Shown here one piece after another: positions 29,934 to 38,992 of a stretch of DNA of 57,889 nt. Below the pieces are notes generated by a model. That model saw nothing but the letters and a program-made list of their open reading frames with translations, did no database searches and was not told the origin of the DNA. How positions within the stretch are numbered: the first letter of the stretch is position 1; the number at the start of each line of letters is the position of its first letter. Source of the DNA: Eubacteriales bacterium (GTDB lineage: Bacteria > Bacillota > Clostridia > Oscillospirales > Butyricicoccaceae); NCBI GenBank assembly GCA_030533295.1, contig JAUNJI010000002.1:7395-65283 (forward strand), read 5' to 3'. The position numbers and the translations under genes are program-made.

Positions 29934-30767
29934 TCAGACCATGCGGATCAGGCTGGCGACGATGACGACCGTGCCGGCCAGCGTGCAATAGACCACGAAC
30001 GGGCGGAAATTGCCGCGCTTGGTCACGAGATCGACCAGACGGATCGCCACCAGACCGGACACCATCGCGGTCAGGATGCCGACCGCATAGCAGGCGAGCG
30101 ACACGCCCCCCGTCGCGGTGGCCGGCGACCGGAACACCTCGGCCAGCTCCAAGATATTGGCACCCAGCACGACGGGCAGCGACATGATGAACGCGAAGCG
30201 CACCGCGAACGGCCGCGAGAAGCCGCGGAACAGACCGGCGCAGATCGTCGTGCCCGAGCGGGACAGGCCGGGCAGCACGGCGAAGCACTGGGCGACGCCG
30301 ACCAGCAGCGCGTCCAGCCACGTGGCGTTCTGCTCGGTCTTTTGACGGCGGGGCGCCTTTTCCGACAGGAACAGCAGCGCCGCCGTGCACAGCAGCAGCA
30401 GGCCGACCAGCAGCGGCGAGGAGAACGCGGCCTCCAGCTTGCTCTTGATCGGCAAAATGGCGAACATGGGCACGATCGTCAGCAGCAGCATGACGATGAA
30501 GCGGCGATAGGGGCGGTCTTGGAGCTTGAATCCATCCCGCACCCAGCCGAAAAACTCGATGACCAGTTCCTTGACATCCTTCCAGAAGGCCACGATCACG
30601 CTGAGCAGCGTGCCGAAATGCAGCAGCACGTTGAACAGCATATAGTTCATCTCCAGATCGTCACCGAACAGCGTTTGCACCAACACCAGATGACCCGAGG
30701 AGGAAACAGGCAGGAACTCGGTCAAGCCCTGCACCAGCCCCTGAAACGCGGCGAACCATAAACTCAT
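29934..30767 (-). CDS. uppP: Undecaprenyl-diphosphate phosphatase
   Basis: QGLTEFLPVSSSGHL and PGLSRSGTT. Confidence 0.95.
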   Translation of the reverse strand: MSLWFAAFQGLVQGLTEFLPVSSSGHLVLVQTLFGDDLEMNYMLFNVLLHFGTLLSVIVAFWKDVKELVIEFFGWVRDGFKLQDRPYRRFIVMLLLTIVPMFAILPIKSKLEAAFSSPLLVGLLLLCTAALLFLSEKAPRRQKTEQNATWLDALLVGVAQCFAVLPGLSRSGTTICAGLFRGFSRPFAVRFAFIMSLPVVLGANILELAEVFRSPATATGGVSLACYAVGILTAMVSGLVAIRLVDLVTKRGNFRPFVVYCTLAGTVVIVASLIRMV

Positions 30768-30840
30768 TGTTGTGTCTCCCTTTCACAAAGTCGATAGATA
30801 TGTCCATTATAGCATATCCCGGTGGCAAATACCACCATTT

Positions 30841-31671
30841 TTAGCGCGATCGGTCGTTCTCGGCGAGGATCTGGCCGATCGCGGCGGCGACGCCGTCCTG
30901 CGCATTGGTCAGCGTGACGCGGCGGCACACCGCCTTGACCGCATCGGTCGCATTGCCCATCGCGATCGGCAGCGCGACCGCCCGCAGCATCTCCAGATCG
31001 TTCTCGCTGTCGCCGATCGCGGCGGCACGGGACAGATCGGTGCCCAGCGTGCGGCACAGCATACCGAGCGCCGTGCCCTTGTCGGCCGCCGGTGTGACGA
31101 CCTCGAGGTTGTCCGCCGCCGAGCTCATGACGCGCACGCCGGCGATCTGCTCGATCCGCGCCCGCGCGTTGGCCAGCGTGATCGGGTCTTGGCTGCGGAC
31201 GAACACCTTGTCCACCGACAGATGGTGGGCGGCGATATGCTCGGCGACCGAGGGCACGACCTGCTTGACCGCCAGATAGCCCTCGTTGGACTTATAGCGG
31301 CCAAAGCCGAGGTCGTCATAGGGCGTGATCAGCAGGCGCTCGCCCGCGTAGATCATGGCGGTCATGCCGATGCGCTCGACCACGGCGGCCACCTGCACGG
31401 CGGCCTCCCACGGCATCGACATCCGCATGGTGCACCGTCCGGTCGCGGCGCTCGACAGCGTGGCGCCGCCCGATGTCACCATCAGGTCGTCCGCATCCAG
31501 CTGCGCCGCGAACTCCCGCGCCTCCCCGCCGATGCGGCCGGTCGAGACGACCACGCGCAGCCCCGCCGCGCGGGCGCGGCGCACCGCCTGCCGGGTGGCG
31601 TGGGACACCGTGCCGTCCGGCGTGAGCGCTGTACCGTCCAGATCGAGCGCGATCAGTTCGATCAAAGGCAT
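30841..31671 (-). CDS. Cof-type HAD hydrolase
   Basis: DLDGT, STGR, DKG, IGDSENDLEM, MGNA. Confidence 0.92.
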   Translation of the reverse strand: MPLIELIALDLDGTALTPDGTVSHATRQAVRRARAAGLRVVVSTGRIGGEAREFAAQLDADDLMVTSGGATLSSAATGRCTMRMSMPWEAAVQVAAVVERIGMTAMIYAGERLLITPYDDLGFGRYKSNEGYLAVKQVVPSVAEHIAAHHLSVDKVFVRSQDPITLANARARIEQIAGVRVMSSAADNLEVVTPAADKGTALGMLCRTLGTDLSRAAAIGDSENDLEMLRAVALPIAMGNATDAVKAVCRRVTLTNAQDGVAAAIGQILAENDRSR

Positions 31672-31706
31672 AAAAGGACCTCCTGCTCATTTCGTCGTTC
31701 CTATCC

Positions 31707-31735
31707 AGCATACCGCAGTGGTCTATAAATTGCAA
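31707..31735 (-). promoter_or_regulatory. Probable sigma-A promoter of the Cof hydrolase gene
   Basis: TTGCAA-17-TATGCT on the minus strand. Confidence 0.55.
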
Positions 31736-31747
31736 GTGCGGAAAAAT

Positions 31748-31789
31748 CGAACATTTGTTCTTGACATTCGGCCGCGGTGCGGCTATTCT
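31748..31789 (+). promoter_or_regulatory. LexA (Cheo) box abutting a sigma-A promoter for the phage-like operon
   Basis: CGAACATTTGTTCT (GAAC-N4-GTTC at 31749-31760) directly followed by TTGACA (31761-31766), a 17-nt spacer and TATTCT (31784-31789). Confidence 0.8.
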
Positions 31790-31843
31790 TTGCTGCACAG
31801 GGAGGGCAGACCGCGCCCCTCCCGGAAAGGAGATGAGGCCATT

Positions 31844-32056
31844 GTGCGCAAAAAGCACCAGCCGGAGGAGCTGATCCGGCTGCTGTACGAGATCGCAGAC
31901 GACGCGGAAGCGCCTGCGAACAGCCGCCTGACCGCGATCCGCGAGATCCTCGATCGGACGGTCGGCAAGGGGGCGCTGCTGGAGGACGCGGCACGCGAGC
32001 CGCCCGCGCCGGTCGAGATCGTGTTCCGGATCATCGACGATACGAGTTCCCCATAA
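31844..32056 (+). CDS. Putative small terminase subunit (70 aa)
   Basis: GAAAGGAG upstream of GTG; RLTAIREILDRTVGK helix and C-terminal VEIVFRIIDD strand as in TerS-like proteins; position just before TerL. Confidence 0.6.
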   Translation: MRKKHQPEELIRLLYEIADDAEAPANSRLTAIREILDRTVGKGALLEDAAREPPAPVEIVFRIIDDTSSP

Positions 32057-33348
32057 CGCGGCGGCAGGCGGCGTTCCTTCGGTCCGAGGCGTTCGAGACG
32101 CTGTTCGGCGGCGCGGCGGGCGGCGGCAAGAGCCACGGCCAATTGCTCGACGCGCTGCGCTTCGCGGTGGTGTATGCCGGGTCGCGGCAGCTCCTGCTGC
32201 GGCGCACCCTGCCCGAGCTCGACCGCTCGCTCGTGCCCGCATCGCTGCGGCTGTTCCCGCAGGCGGTCGCGACCTACAAGGTGAGCGACCACCTGTGGCA
32301 ATTCGTCAACGGCTCGGTGCTCGAGTTCGGCTACTGCGACGCGGAGAGCGATGTGACCCGCTATCAGTCGGCCGAATACGACGTGATCCGCTTCGACGAG
32401 CTGACCCACTTCACCGAGAGCCAGTTCACCTATCTGCTCTCCCGCGTGCGGGGCGCGAACGGCTATCCCAAGCTGGTGCGCTCGACCACCAATCCGGGCG
32501 GCGTGGGACATCATTGGGTCAAGGCGCGGTACATCGACCCGATGCCGCCGGACACCGTGTTCGACTGCGGCGGCACGCGGCTGTTCCTGCCCGCCCGGCT
32601 GTCGGACAACCCCTTCCTGCACCGGGCAGATGCGGGATACGAGCAGCGGCTGCGCCAGCTCGCCCCGCACGACCGCCGGGCGCTGCTCGAGGGCGTGTGG
32701 GAGCTGGACGAGGGGCGCTATTTCAGCGAGTTCTCGCCCGCGCTGCACGTCACGCCGCCCCACCCGATCCCCCGGCACTGGCGGCGCTATCTGACGATCG
32801 ACTACGGGCTGGATATGCTGGCGGCGCTGTGGATCGCGCAGAGCCCGGATGGGCACAGCGTGGTCTATCGCGAATTGTACCAGCCCGGGCTCATCATCTC
32901 GGAGGCCGCGGCCGCGCTGCTCGCCTGCGAGATGCCCGGCGAGCGCATCGACTGTCGCCTTGCGCCGCCCGATCTGTGGAACCGGCGGCAGGAGACCGGC
33001 CGGAGCGCGGTCGAGCTGTTCGCCGACTGCGGGCTGGACTTCGACAAGAGCAGCAACGAGCGCGTCGCCGGCTGGCTGGCGCTGCACGAGCTGCTCCTGC
33101 CCCGGCGGGACGCACAGGGCGTGCTGCGCCCCCGGCTGACCATCTTCGACACCTGCCGCGCGCTGATCCGCACGCTGCCCGCGCTCCAGCACGACCGACG
33201 CGACCCCTCGGACGTGTCCAACACGCCGCATGAGCTGACCCACGCGCCGGATGCGCTGCGCGGCTACGCGGCCACCGTGTATGAGCCGCCCAAGCCCCAA
33301 ACCCCGACCCTATATGACTGCGAGGTGGGAGAATTTTTGCGGTATTGA
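32053..33348 (+). CDS. terL: Terminase large subunit (start uncertain, non-canonical)
   Basis: TRRQAAF, Walker A LFGGAAGGGKS (upstream of the ORF-track TTG at 32143), Walker B VIRFDELTHF, STTNPGG, nuclease TIDYG and HAPDALR. Confidence 0.9.
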   Translation: MTRRQAAFLRSEAFETLFGGAAGGGKSHGQLLDALRFAVVYAGSRQLLLRRTLPELDRSLVPASLRLFPQAVATYKVSDHLWQFVNGSVLEFGYCDAESDVTRYQSAEYDVIRFDELTHFTESQFTYLLSRVRGANGYPKLVRSTTNPGGVGHHWVKARYIDPMPPDTVFDCGGTRLFLPARLSDNPFLHRADAGYEQRLRQLAPHDRRALLEGVWELDEGRYFSEFSPALHVTPPHPIPRHWRRYLTIDYGLDMLAALWIAQSPDGHSVVYRELYQPGLIISEAAAALLACEMPGERIDCRLAPPDLWNRRQETGRSAVELFADCGLDFDKSSNERVAGWLALHELLLPRRDAQGVLRPRLTIFDTCRALIRTLPALQHDRRDPSDVSNTPHELTHAPDALRGYAATVYEPPKPQTPTLYDCEVGEFLRY

Positions 33349-33395
33349 CCCCAGCGGCGGGCGGCTGCCCGTCCCCTGTATGAAAGGAGGAGCCT

Positions 33396-33593
33396 ATGGA
33401 ACTGTTATGCTACTGCCTGAGCGCGGTGCTGCTGGTGCTGACCGGCGCGGTCATCTCCGGCGGGCTGGCCTTGCCCGCCCTGCCCCGCCGCCCCGACCGG
33501 CACGACGCGCCCGACCCCACCGGCGACGCGCTCAGCCGCGATCTGGCCGCACTGATGGCCTATGGACAGGAGGAGGACGACCATGCGGTTTGA
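33396..33593 (+). CDS. Small protein (65 aa) with a hydrophobic N-terminal helix
   Basis: Strong SD GAAAGGAGG; overlaps the portal start. Confidence 0.6.
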   Translation: MELLCYCLSAVLLVLTGAVISGGLALPALPRRPDRHDAPDPTGDALSRDLAALMAYGQEEDDHAV

Positions 33594-35148
33594 TCTTTCG
33601 CCCGCGGCGATCTGGCAGCGCTATGAGCGCGACCGCGACTACAAGCGCTCGATCGGCCTCTACGACCGCGTGCGCCGCAACGAGGCGTTCTACCTCGGCC
33701 GCCAGTGGGAGGGGCTGCGCGTGCAGTCGCTCGACCCGCTGATCTTCAACGTGCTGCGGCGCTGCGTCAACCTGTTCGTGTCCATGCTGGTGTCCGACGA
33801 TGTGGCCGTGCACGTCCAGCCGTTCGACATGGATGCGGACGGCCGCCGAACGGCGCGGATCCTCGACCGGGCGTTCGCCGCCGCGATCGAGCGGTCGGGC
33901 GTCAAGGCGCTCGGCCGGCCGCTGCTCAAAAACGCCTGCATCGACGGCGATGCCTGCCTGTACCTGCACTTCGATCCCGCGATCGAGACCGGGCAGGCGG
34001 TCAAGGGCGACATCACCGCCGAGCTGATCGATTCGGTCAACGTCTGCTTCGGCGACCCGGCCTGCGACGAGGTGCAGCGCCAGCCCTATCTGATCCTCGC
34101 CATGCGGCGCGACGTGGACGACGTGCGCCGCGAGGCGCGGGCGAACGGCATGGGCGCAGACGCGGTCGCGGCCATCCGCCCGGACGACGACGGCGACCGC
34201 ACGCGCCGCGCCCTGTCCGGCACGGGCGAGCGCGTGACCGTGCTGCTGCATCTGCGCCGCACGGCGGGCGGCATCGCCTTCACCAAGACCACCCGCACCG
34301 CGTGCATCATGCGCGAAAAGGTGCTGCCCTACCGCTATTACCCGGTGACGCACCTGTGCTGGGAGCGGGTGCGCGGCTCGTGCCACGGCGAGAGCCCGCT
34401 GACCGAGGCGATCCCCAACCAGATCGCGATCAACAAGCTGTATTCGATGTATGTGCAGTGCATCAAGCAGGTCGCCTTCCCCAAGATCATCTACGACATG
34501 ACCCGCTTCCCCAACGGCTGGTCGAACGACGTGGGCAAGGCGATCGGTATGCGCGGCGACCCGAACACCGCGATCGCGACCGCGTTCCGCGCGCCCGACA
34601 TCTCCGGGCAGGTGCGCGGCCTGCTCCGGCAGATGATGACCGACACCGCCGAGCTGATGGGCGCGAGCGAGGCCGCGCTCGGCACGGTCAAGCCCGAAAA
34701 CACCTCGGCCATCATCGCGGTGCAAAAGGCGACCGCCGCCCCGCTCGAGCTGACCCGCATGGCGTTCTACCGCGCCACCGAGGACTGGGCGCGGATCTTC
34801 CTCGACCTGATGGGCGTGCACTATGGCGTGCGCACGGTCGTCCTGCCGGGCGAGGACGGCGGCGAGCCGCAGCGGCGATCCTTCGACTTTTCCACGCTCG
34901 CCGGGCAGGATATGCGCTTGCAGGTGGACGTGGGCGCGGCGAGCTACTGGTCGGAGACCATGCAGACCATGACCAACGACCACCTGCTCGAGAGCGGGAT
35001 CATCACCGATCCCCTCGTTTATCTGGAAAACGTGCCTGACCATCAGGTGCGCGGCAAACACGACCTGCTGCACGCCCTGCGCGTGCAGCGCCAGCAGCAA
35101 AAGGAGGAACCGAACGATGCAGACCGAGCGCAAACAGAGCCCCGATGA
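33583..35148 (+). CDS. Portal protein (P22/podovirus-like)
   Basis: SD AGGAGGAGG; NEAFYLGRQW, FNVLRR, AIPNQIAINKLYS, NTSAIIA; 521 aa; position after terL. Confidence 0.8.
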   Translation: MRFDLSPAAIWQRYERDRDYKRSIGLYDRVRRNEAFYLGRQWEGLRVQSLDPLIFNVLRRCVNLFVSMLVSDDVAVHVQPFDMDADGRRTARILDRAFAAAIERSGVKALGRPLLKNACIDGDACLYLHFDPAIETGQAVKGDITAELIDSVNVCFGDPACDEVQRQPYLILAMRRDVDDVRREARANGMGADAVAAIRPDDDGDRTRRALSGTGERVTVLLHLRRTAGGIAFTKTTRTACIMREKVLPYRYYPVTHLCWERVRGSCHGESPLTEAIPNQIAINKLYSMYVQCIKQVAFPKIIYDMTRFPNGWSNDVGKAIGMRGDPNTAIATAFRAPDISGQVRGLLRQMMTDTAELMGASEAALGTVKPENTSAIIAVQKATAAPLELTRMAFYRATEDWARIFLDLMGVHYGVRTVVLPGEDGGEPQRRSFDFSTLAGQDMRLQVDVGAASYWSETMQTMTNDHLLESGIITDPLVYLENVPDHQVRGKHDLLHALRVQRQQQKEEPNDADRAQTEPR

Positions 35149-35620
35149 GCAGCCCACTGGGCTGCCGCCGATGACCGACCCTTTCGCAGCCGATACGCCC
35201 GCTGCGGCCGCCCCGCAGCCGCCCCAGCCGACCTTTTCGGTGCCGGTGGACGGGCAGCTCGTCACGCTGACGCTGGATGAGCTGATCGAGGCCGCCAGTC
35301 TGGGGCTGTCCAAGCAGAACGCCTATGTGCGCCGCAACCGCGCGGCCAACGCCCTGCCCGACGGGCAGATCTATGCCGCCTTCGTCGAGGAATACCCGAC
35401 GGTGCGCCCCGAGGACATCCCCGCGCAGGTGTGGGACTGGGCGCAGCAGGAGGGCTCGCTGGTCTCGGCCTACCGCAAGTGGGAGATCGCCGAGCTGCGC
35501 GACGCGCTGGCCGCGCTCGAGATCAACCAGCGCAACCGCCGCGCCGCGGTCGGCTCCGCCCATTCGGACGGCGAGCCGGCCGGTGTCGATCCGGTCACGC
35601 TCGCCCTGCTCGGCCGCTGA
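35117..35620 (+). CDS. Putative capsid scaffolding protein
   Basis: Pro/acidic N-terminus; VPVDGQLVTLTLDELIE motif; lies between portal and capsid. Confidence 0.65.
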   Translation: MQTERKQSPDEQPTGLPPMTDPFAADTPAAAAPQPPQPTFSVPVDGQLVTLTLDELIEAASLGLSKQNAYVRRNRAANALPDGQIYAAFVEEYPTVRPEDIPAQVWDWAQQEGSLVSAYRKWEIAELRDALAALEINQRNRRAAVGSAHSDGEPAGVDPVTLALLGR

Positions 35621-35677
35621 GGCGGCGGCCTGTCCCCCATCCATCATCCATCCCGACCATCCAAGGAGGTCTTTTCT

Positions 35678-36718
35678 ATGGCTATCAATCTCGCGAGCAA
35701 ATATTCCGACCAGATCGCCGAGGTATTCACCCGCGCGTCCTTCATCAAGGGCAAGACTGCCGACACCTTCGACCTGACCGGCGTCAAGACGCTCAAGGTG
35801 TACACGCCGATCACGGTCGAGGAGGTGGACTACGACCGCGACGGCGGTCTGGCGCGCTACGGCGACGTGACCGAGATGCAAGACGTGGTGCAGGAGCTGA
35901 CCATGACGCAGGACAAGGCGTTCACGCTGACCATCGACAAGGGCAACGACCTCGACCAAAACCTGGTCAAGAACGCCGCCGATATGCTGCGCTTGCAGCT
36001 CAACGAAAAATCTACGCCCGCCGCGGACAAATACGCCTTCCGCCGCTTCGTGACCATGGCGGGCACGATCGCCGAGAGCGCGGCCAAGCCGACCAAGGCC
36101 GACATCATCAGCAAGATCGCCGATGCCTCGCAGGCGCTCGACGACGCGCTCGTGCCGGACGACGACCGCTATCTCTATCTGACCAGCGAGATGTACAAGC
36201 TGGTGTGCACCTCGGACGAGTTCGCGGGCGTGGACGTGCTCGCGCGGCAGTCGATCGCCAAGGGCGTGTGCGGCGAGGTGTTCGGCATGAACGTGGTGCG
36301 CGTGCCCAAGAGCTATCTGCCCAAGGACGTGTATTTCCTCGTCACGCACAAGGACGCGGTGCTCATGCCCTACAAGATCGCCGATGCCAAGGTGCACGAA
36401 GATCCGGTCGGCGTGTCCGGCGCGCTGATCGAGGGACGCCACTACTACGACGCCTATGTGCTGGGCGCCAAATGCGGCGGCGTATACGCGCTGGTGGCCG
36501 CCGGACGGACATCGGCCGCGCCGACGATCAGCAGCGGCAAGCTCACCGCCGGCAGCGGCGCGACGATCCGCTATACGCTCGACGGCTCCGACCCCCGCTA
36601 TTCGAGCAGCGCCCGGGATTATGTATCCGGCAAGACGCTGCTGGCCGACGACGGCTGCTCGATCCGCGCCTACGCGGTCGAGGGCGGCAAATACCCGTCC
36701 CCCGTCGCGACCGAATGA
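35678..36718 (+). CDS. Major capsid protein (HK97 fold, N4-gp56-like) with a C-terminal Ig/Fn3-associated domain
   Basis: MAINLASKY, QELTMTQDKAFTLTIDKG, LDDALVPDDDRYLYL, GALIEGRHYYDAYVL; tail TIRYTLDGSDP...IRAYAV. Confidence 0.85.
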   Translation: MAINLASKYSDQIAEVFTRASFIKGKTADTFDLTGVKTLKVYTPITVEEVDYDRDGGLARYGDVTEMQDVVQELTMTQDKAFTLTIDKGNDLDQNLVKNAADMLRLQLNEKSTPAADKYAFRRFVTMAGTIAESAAKPTKADIISKIADASQALDDALVPDDDRYLYLTSEMYKLVCTSDEFAGVDVLARQSIAKGVCGEVFGMNVVRVPKSYLPKDVYFLVTHKDAVLMPYKIADAKVHEDPVGVSGALIEGRHYYDAYVLGAKCGGVYALVAAGRTSAAPTISSGKLTAGSGATIRYTLDGSDPRYSSSARDYVSGKTLLADDGCSIRAYAVEGGKYPSPVATE

Positions 36719-36787
36719 CCATCCGTATCCGGGCGGAGGCGGCCGACCGCCTCCGTCCCACCATGACCGACCCAAGGAGGGATCCCC

Positions 36788-37156
36788 ATGACCGGAACCG
36801 CTTGCTTCCGTGCGGCGCTCAACCTGCTGTCCGAAACGCCGGACAGCGGCGCCTATTATCAGGCGTTCGCGCTGGGCGCGCTCAACCAACTGCTGACCAA
36901 CAGCCTGCGCGAGATCAACGCCGATCGGGTCGCGCACGGCCAAACGCCGCACGCCGTCCCGCCCCAGCTCGATGCGCTGGACGACCCGATCCCCGCGGAC
37001 GACTGGCTCGTGCGCGAGTGCTTCCCCTATGGTCTGGCCGCCCTGCTGGTGGCCGATGACGACAAGGCCAAGTTCAACTGGGCGGCGACCGAATACACCG
37101 ACCGGCTGCTGCGCCACTGCCCGGCCGAGCTGACCGGCATCCAGGAGATGATCTGA
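36788..37156 (+). CDS. Putative head-tail adaptor protein (122 aa)
   Basis: Position after the capsid; helical, with a PYGLAALL motif; SD AAGGAGG. Confidence 0.55.
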   Translation: MTGTACFRAALNLLSETPDSGAYYQAFALGALNQLLTNSLREINADRVAHGQTPHAVPPQLDALDDPIPADDWLVRECFPYGLAALLVADDDKAKFNWAATEYTDRLLRHCPAELTGIQEMI

Positions 37157-38976
37157 TGCGCGCCTACCACTTCCCCTATCCCGAGATCGAACGCCAGACC
37201 GTGATCAGCCGCTTCGGCGGCGCGGACTTCCGCACCCACCCGACCAAGGTCTCGCTGTCCCGCTCGCCCGATATGCAGAACCTGATCTGCGACCAGAACG
37301 ATTTTCTGGTCAAGCGCACGGGCTGGCACACCCAGCACAGCTACGGTGCGCCGCTCTACGGGCTGTTCCCGCTGCCCGACGGCAGCGGGATGGCCGTGCA
37401 CGCCGGTGACACGCTGTTCGCCCGCGCCGCCGACGGCACGCAGACCACGCTGTGCACCGATATGAACGCGGCGTTCTCGCAGTCGTTCGTGATGAACGGC
37501 GTGCTGTACCTGCTCGACGGGCAGACCTACCGCGCCGTGCGCCGCAACGCCGCAGACACCGCGTGGGAGGCGGTCAAGGTGCGCGACATCGCCTATGTGC
37601 CCACCACCACGATCGCTGCGCCGCCCACCGGCGGCGGCACGCGGTATGAGGCGGTCGATCTGCTCACGCCCAAGCGGATCAACACCTTCATCGGCGACGG
37701 CACGGCCACCCGATTCCAGCTGGACACCACCGCGCTGGACGAGGCCGCCGTCACCGCCACGGTCGATGGCCAGCCGGTATCGGTCGCGGCGATCGACCGC
37801 GCAGCGGGCGTGGTCACGCTGGCCAGCGCGCCCCCGGACGGCCACGGGCTGTCCAACGTGGCCATCACCTTCAGCAAGACCGTGCCCGGCTACGCCGACA
37901 CGATCGACCACTGCCGCATCGCCGGGCTATACGGCGGCAAGAACGACACCCGCGTGTTCCTCGCGGGCGACCCGGCCGCGCCCCACCGCGACTGGCAGAG
38001 CGGCCTCTATGACCCCACCTACTTCCCGGACACGGGCTACGCCCGCATGGGCACCGAGGCCGCCGCGATCATGGGCTATCTCAAGCAGTATGACAGCCAA
38101 TTGGTCATCAAGGCGGGCGGCGCACAGCAGGCGACCAGCTATCTGCGCACCTATCTGATGGCCGACGACGGCACGGCGCTCTATCCGCTCAAGCAGGGCG
38201 CACACGGCGAGGGCGCGGTCGCGCCGCGCAGCTTCGCCACCCTGCACGATCTGCCGCTGTTCCTGTCTGCACGCGGCGTGCAGGCCGTATACAGCACGGC
38301 CGTGGCCGAGCAGCGCACGATCCGTTCGGTGTCCGACGCGGTCGCGCCCCGGCTGGCCGCCGAGGACGGGCTGGCCGATGCCTGCGCGGCCGTGTTCGAG
38401 GGGCGGTACTATCTGGCGGTCAACGACCACCTGTACATCGCCGACGGCACGCTGACCGACGAAAACGGCGACCCGATCTGGTATTACTGGACGAACGTGC
38501 CCGCCCAGTGTCTGGCCGTGTTCGAGGGGCGGCTGTGGTTCGGCACGGCCGACGGCCGCCTGTGCCGTTTCGCCCGGCCGGACGAGCGGGGCGCTTACTG
38601 CGACGACGGCGCGGCGATCGACGCCTATTGGCGCACGCCCACCCTGCCCCTCGCGGACTGGGGACGGGTCAAGACCGTGCGGGACGTGATCCCGACGCTC
38701 ATGCCCTATCCGCGCTCAGGCGCGACCGTCCGCTATGAAAGCGAAAACGGCACGACGCTCGCTCTGTCGCGCGATATGGATCTGTTCTCGTTCCGCACGC
38801 TCGACCTATCGCGGCTGTCGTTCCGCTGTATCCCCGGCGCGGTCAGCTACCGCACCCGCTGGCGGCAGCATCGGATGCCGCTGTTCGCGGTGCGCATCGG
38901 CAACGACCGCCCGGACGAGCCCTTCGGTCTGCTCGCGCTCACGATCCGCTGGACGCAGGGACAGACCGTGCTGTGA
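37156..38976 (+). CDS. Putative tail nozzle/stabilisation protein (P22 gp10/T7 gp12-like) with an Ig-like insertion
   Basis: 606 aa, beta-rich; FGGADF, LVKRTG, LWFGTADGRL; insertion FIGDGTATRFQL...GVVTLASAP. Confidence 0.6.
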   Translation: MRAYHFPYPEIERQTVISRFGGADFRTHPTKVSLSRSPDMQNLICDQNDFLVKRTGWHTQHSYGAPLYGLFPLPDGSGMAVHAGDTLFARAADGTQTTLCTDMNAAFSQSFVMNGVLYLLDGQTYRAVRRNAADTAWEAVKVRDIAYVPTTTIAAPPTGGGTRYEAVDLLTPKRINTFIGDGTATRFQLDTTALDEAAVTATVDGQPVSVAAIDRAAGVVTLASAPPDGHGLSNVAITFSKTVPGYADTIDHCRIAGLYGGKNDTRVFLAGDPAAPHRDWQSGLYDPTYFPDTGYARMGTEAAAIMGYLKQYDSQLVIKAGGAQQATSYLRTYLMADDGTALYPLKQGAHGEGAVAPRSFATLHDLPLFLSARGVQAVYSTAVAEQRTIRSVSDAVAPRLAAEDGLADACAAVFEGRYYLAVNDHLYIADGTLTDENGDPIWYYWTNVPAQCLAVFEGRLWFGTADGRLCRFARPDERGAYCDDGAAIDAYWRTPTLPLADWGRVKTVRDVIPTLMPYPRSGATVRYESENGTTLALSRDMDLFSFRTLDLSRLSFRCIPGAVSYRTRWRQHRMPLFAVRIGNDRPDEPFGLLALTIRWTQGQTVL

Positions 38977-38992
38977 CGAAGGAGGGAGCCCA

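Noticed and set aside
31355-32056. 233-aa ORF as the first phage gene
   Set aside because: Its upstream part is antisense to the Cof gene and crosses the promoter; only the SD-preceded GTG at 31844 is credible.
32143-33348. ORF-track start (TTG 32143) for TerL
   Set aside because: It would omit the Walker A and Q motifs encoded in frame upstream.
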